The notes beneath the pieces were generated by a model, which did no database searches, was not told the origin of the DNA, and worked only from the letters and a program-made list of their open reading frames with translations. The position numbers and the translations under genes are program-made. Shown one piece after another: positions 60,740 to 64,000 of a stretch of 64,000 nt of DNA. The stretch is from assembly GCA_054600435.1 (NCBI GenBank), contig BAAIJX010000007.1:62001-126000 (forward strand), written 5' to 3'. Source of the DNA: Neophaeotheca triangularis (Eukaryota). The first letter of the stretch is position 1. The number at the start of each line of letters is the position of its first letter.

Positions 60740-61642
60740 ATGCCCTCCCCTTCCACTGGTGCCCTCTCCCCCATCGACGCCGCAGAAGAAACCCTCCAAC
60801 TCGGCCTCCACCACCTAACCGAGACCAGCGCCCTCTGCCTACTCAAAAACATCTACGGCGCCATGCTCCTCTCCGCCGCCGGCCTAACCTGCCTGACCCT
60901 CTCAACCGGATTCCCAGCGCCCTCGGCCTCCAACCCAGCCCTCCCGCACCTCCTCCAAGGTCTCACATTCCCTCTCGGCCTCATCCTTGTCTACCAAACC
61001 GGCGCCGAGCTCTACACAGGCTACCCAATGTGGCAAACCATGACAGCCCTCTCCAGAAAGCACAAACACACGACGCTCAACTACCCGCGAACGCTACTGC
61101 TAGCCTGGAGCGGCAACCTGCTCGGCGCGCTGCTCGTCTCCTCGCTCCTAGCCTACGCCACCGGCAGTCTGACATCCGAACCTCATCGCTCGGGCATCGT
61201 CGAGCAAATCCACTCTTCGGTCCTAGAGCCCCGATGGCACCAGATCTTCTTCCGCGCCATCGGTTGCGGTTGGCTAGTCACCGCGGCCATGTTCCTCGGT
61301 AGCCAGCAACATGACGGCGTCTCCAAATCTCTGGCGCTCCACTTGCCGTTCTTCGTGGCCACGGCGGCGCGCTGGCCGCACACGGTTGAGTATATGTTTT
61401 TAGGGAGTGTGGGGATGATGGTTGGAGGGGTCGACGAAACCATGGGGGTCGGGGTGTTTTTGTGGAAGTGCTTGCTCCCTGTGACTTTGGGAAATGCGGC
61501 CGGCGGTGCGGTGACGGGGGCGGTGCTCTGGTGGGTTTTTGTGTTGAGGAGAGATGATCATGCTTTGGCGAAGATTGGGGGGAGTGAGGTTGTGGGCGAT
61601 GGGTTTGGAAGGGAGGGGTATAGGGATGAGATTGAGGGTTGA
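60740..61642 (+). CDS. Formate/nitrite transporter (FNT) family channel, divergent
   Basis: Six-TM pattern with FPLGLIL…GAELYTG, GNLLGAL, WHQIFFRAIGCGWLV, H.V..MF and PVTLGNAAGG. Confidence 0.85.
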   Translation: MPSPSTGALSPIDAAEETLQLGLHHLTETSALCLLKNIYGAMLLSAAGLTCLTLSTGFPAPSASNPALPHLLQGLTFPLGLILVYQTGAELYTGYPMWQTMTALSRKHKHTTLNYPRTLLLAWSGNLLGALLVSSLLAYATGSLTSEPHRSGIVEQIHSSVLEPRWHQIFFRAIGCGWLVTAAMFLGSQQHDGVSKSLALHLPFFVATAARWPHTVEYMFLGSVGMMVGGVDETMGVGVFLWKCLLPVTLGNAAGGAVTGAVLWWVFVLRRDDHALAKIGGSEVVGDGFGREGYRDEIEG

Positions 61643-62431
61643 TGTCGCCGGATGGGGAATTTTGGAGCTAGATTCGTGGTTGAATGCGTCGTATCATCTC
61701 CAGTGAAAAGCTGGCGAGAGTCTGCGATTCGTTTCGAGGTCGATTCCTGGTTCCCGGAGGGAGGTGTACGCTACCAGCTGCTTACCTAGAGCTTCGGCGG
61801 TACATTACTGGACGCAGCCAGCTCCCGGGGGTTGTGTACAGTCTTCACGGACGAAGACCTCCTTCATTGTGTCAAATATCGAGGGCTGCACCGTTTGAAG
61901 TCTGTTGTTGCTGTTATCTTTAGCAGTGGCTTTTGTACCGCCAAAAATGGAATTGGGCTTCTGGGAGGAAAACTGCTACGAGGTTTGCCTCGCTTGAAGA
62001 AAGCATCGACTTGCCGTGAGCACCATGAGAAAGACTAGAGAAAGAGGATGTCTCAGGATAAAGAATAGAAAGCGACGGCCTAAGGAGGGAAGCAATATCA
62101 TGAACAATGCATTCGATTCACAAAAGAGTTACCTAAACGGAATCTCAGCTACAAGCCAGTAACTCCCCAGATCATTCATACGTGCCCACGAAAGCGGACA
62201 GAAACAACGCTTGAGGCTTCTTTGCAACCTTTGAGGCCCTCCCCAAGAAACGCCGAAGCCTAAAGCCAGCTGTCATTCCCACCGATGGCGAGCGAGACTG
62301 GCTCGTCACACGTCTGGTGGCTGAAGCGGGTATCCCTCGTATCTCCTTTCCTCGTTTTGACAGATGCGACGGGAAATCTGCAAAGATTAAGAAAAGGCGT
62401 GAGAGACTTTGAGGTCGAGGGTGTCCTCGAC

Positions 62432-64000
62432 TTAACGGCCAAAGATGGGGCTAAGGTAGTAACCGAGCGTGGCGCAGAAGTTGCTGCGGTTGTCGACGTC
62501 GAGGGGGCTGCGTGCAGCGGCGTCGTCGGTGATCATCCTGACGGCAGCCTTGGTGTTGAGGCCGTGGATCGAAACTTGGCTGTTCTGGATGCGGACCATG
62601 TGCTCCTGGCAATTCTGGCCCGGCACACACTCTTGGTCGTAGTTGTTGAAGAAAGAGTACAGACCGGCGCCGTAGATGTTGATACCGCGACTATTGAGGA
62701 TCCTAATCCCCCAGGCGTCGCGGCAAGGAACGCCGGGTGAGCCGCCGTTATTGCAGATGGAGAAGTCGGGGTCATCGTAGCGGCGGTCGATGGCAAAGGG
62801 GCCGGGCGCTGGGGGGTTCGGCTGCATGTATGGCGTTTCTGTCTGCATGTAACCGCTGAAGAGGGCGCGGACATTGCGGAATTGGTAGTTGTAGATTTGA
62901 GAGTGCTCGGAAGCACTGCCCCACATCCAAATCGGACCGGGAGAGTCGATCAAGACTCCGCGAGCGCTGAAGACGTTGATCTGGAGAGGTGCGTCTGCGT
63001 CGAGAGCGTGGTCTGCAACCCAGAACCAGGTGTTCTCGAGGTAGATATTGGTGGATTGGGCTCTTGCGTGGAACATCAAGAAGGCGCCAATGCATTCGTC
63101 GTCGATAGTTGGAGTTTGGGTAACATTCTCGTTCCTTGGGCAGTTACTGTACTCGAGGAGAGTACCAGAAGAGCCGCCAATACGAGCGTGTGTGTCCCAA
63201 AGACCGGACTGACGGGTTGGGTCGTCAAGGTTGTACTCGATCAAGATTGCGCCCGGGTTCGGTCCGATGGTCTCGAACATAAGGTCGCTAACTTGGATTG
63301 TACCTTGCTCAGCCGGCTGACCAGCACTACTGCGTCGGCCAAGTTGAAAGACAGGTTGAGGGTTGGCAGGGTCGTCAAAGCCTGATGCCATGATGAGCGG
63401 CCAGATTTCACCGACAATGGTGGTCCCAGCTGGAACGGTGACAGTCTTCTCCACGACGTATGCTCCATGATCAAAGTATGCAATGTCGTCCCCTGAAAGA
63501 CCATCGAAGAATCTCTGCAGACAGTCTGCGGTCGGAGTCCTGCCGTCGTTAGAGCACCCAGCTGATACGACAGACTTGAAGGCGCCAAGAGGACGATCGA
63601 GGTATTGAGGCTTGGGGGCGGTGAAGATCTTGCCGTCCTGGAGTAGGCTATCTTGCATGGCATCTCTTTCTGGAGCAGGGCCCTGCACTCGAGTGCCTCT
63701 GCCGCCAATGTAGCCTCGCCCGGAAACCCACTTCTCAATGTTGCCACCTGCTAGGACTTGACCGTTGGGGTTCGCAACAGCGTCTCTCACGTTGTTGCTC
63801 ATGTCGACGTTACGCATGACTAGGGTGCCTCCAGCTGGTGGTACAGAGACGGGGTCTAGGAGGAAGGAAGAGTTGACCCCAACTGCGGTGTCGCGGATAG
63901 TGGAATCAAGCAAACTGATCGAGCCGACGGTCTGGTTGCTTGGGCCGTTCGCCATATCAATTCCTATATCGCTGCCAGAGATGGTAACGTTCGAAAACAC
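62432..64000 (-). CDS. GH55 exo-beta-1,3-glucanase, 3' part (5' end outside window)
   Basis: YFDHGAY, GEIWPLIMA, GLWDTHARIGG, ENTWFWVADH, GSASEHSQIYNYQ and MQTETPYMQP motifs. Confidence 0.94.
   Translation of the reverse strand: MFSNVTISGSDIGIDMANGPSNQTVGSISLLDSTIRDTAVGVNSSFLLDPVSVPPAGGTLVMRNVDMSNNVRDAVANPNGQVLAGGNIEKWVSGRGYIGGRGTRVQGPAPERDAMQDSLLQDGKIFTAPKPQYLDRPLGAFKSVVSAGCSNDGRTPTADCLQRFFDGLSGDDIAYFDHGAYVVEKTVTVPAGTTIVGEIWPLIMASGFDDPANPQPVFQLGRRSSAGQPAEQGTIQVSDLMFETIGPNPGAILIEYNLDDPTRQSGLWDTHARIGGSSGTLLEYSNCPRNENVTQTPTIDDECIGAFLMFHARAQSTNIYLENTWFWVADHALDADAPLQINVFSARGVLIDSPGPIWMWGSASEHSQIYNYQFRNVRALFSGYMQTETPYMQPNPPAPGPFAIDRRYDDPDFSICNNGGSPGVPCRDAWGIRILNSRGINIYGAGLYSFFNNYDQECVPGQNCQEHMVRIQNSQVSIHGLNTKAAVRMITDDAAARSPLDVDNRSNFCATLGYYLSPIFGR

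Overview
Filamentous ascomycete genomic DNA (probably Dothideomycetes; inferred from gene content and RIP). Both ends of the window hold ordinary host genes. Left: GH2 beta-mannosidase 3' end, YSH1/CPSF73, TAF4, SDA1. Right: intron-containing tRNA-Arg(TCG), PP2C phosphatase, AA11-like secreted protein, PIS1, an FNT channel, GH55 glucanase. Between SDA1 and the tRNA lies a ~43.6 kb island (about 10152-53776) saturated with RIP-type mutations (TpA excess, TAG/TAA where Gln/Trp codons are expected). It is not a pile of LTR retrotransposons but a set of roughly 20 decayed, partly intron-containing genes. It is bounded by a diverged direct repeat of the SDA1-tRNA intergenic region that ends 5 nt inside the tRNA (last 62 bp identical), and its left end carries an inverted copy of the same host region. 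The first gene is a SNF2-family helicase; two apparently paralogous genes with tandem PD-(D/E)XK-like nuclease motifs lie in the middle and at the right end. I could not recognise a Starship DUF3435 captain, a DDE transposase or a reverse transcriptase. Best hypothesis: a tRNA-targeting giant mobile element of an unrecognised type. All translations inside the island were read by eye with inferred RIP reversion, so pseudogene coordinates are approximate.
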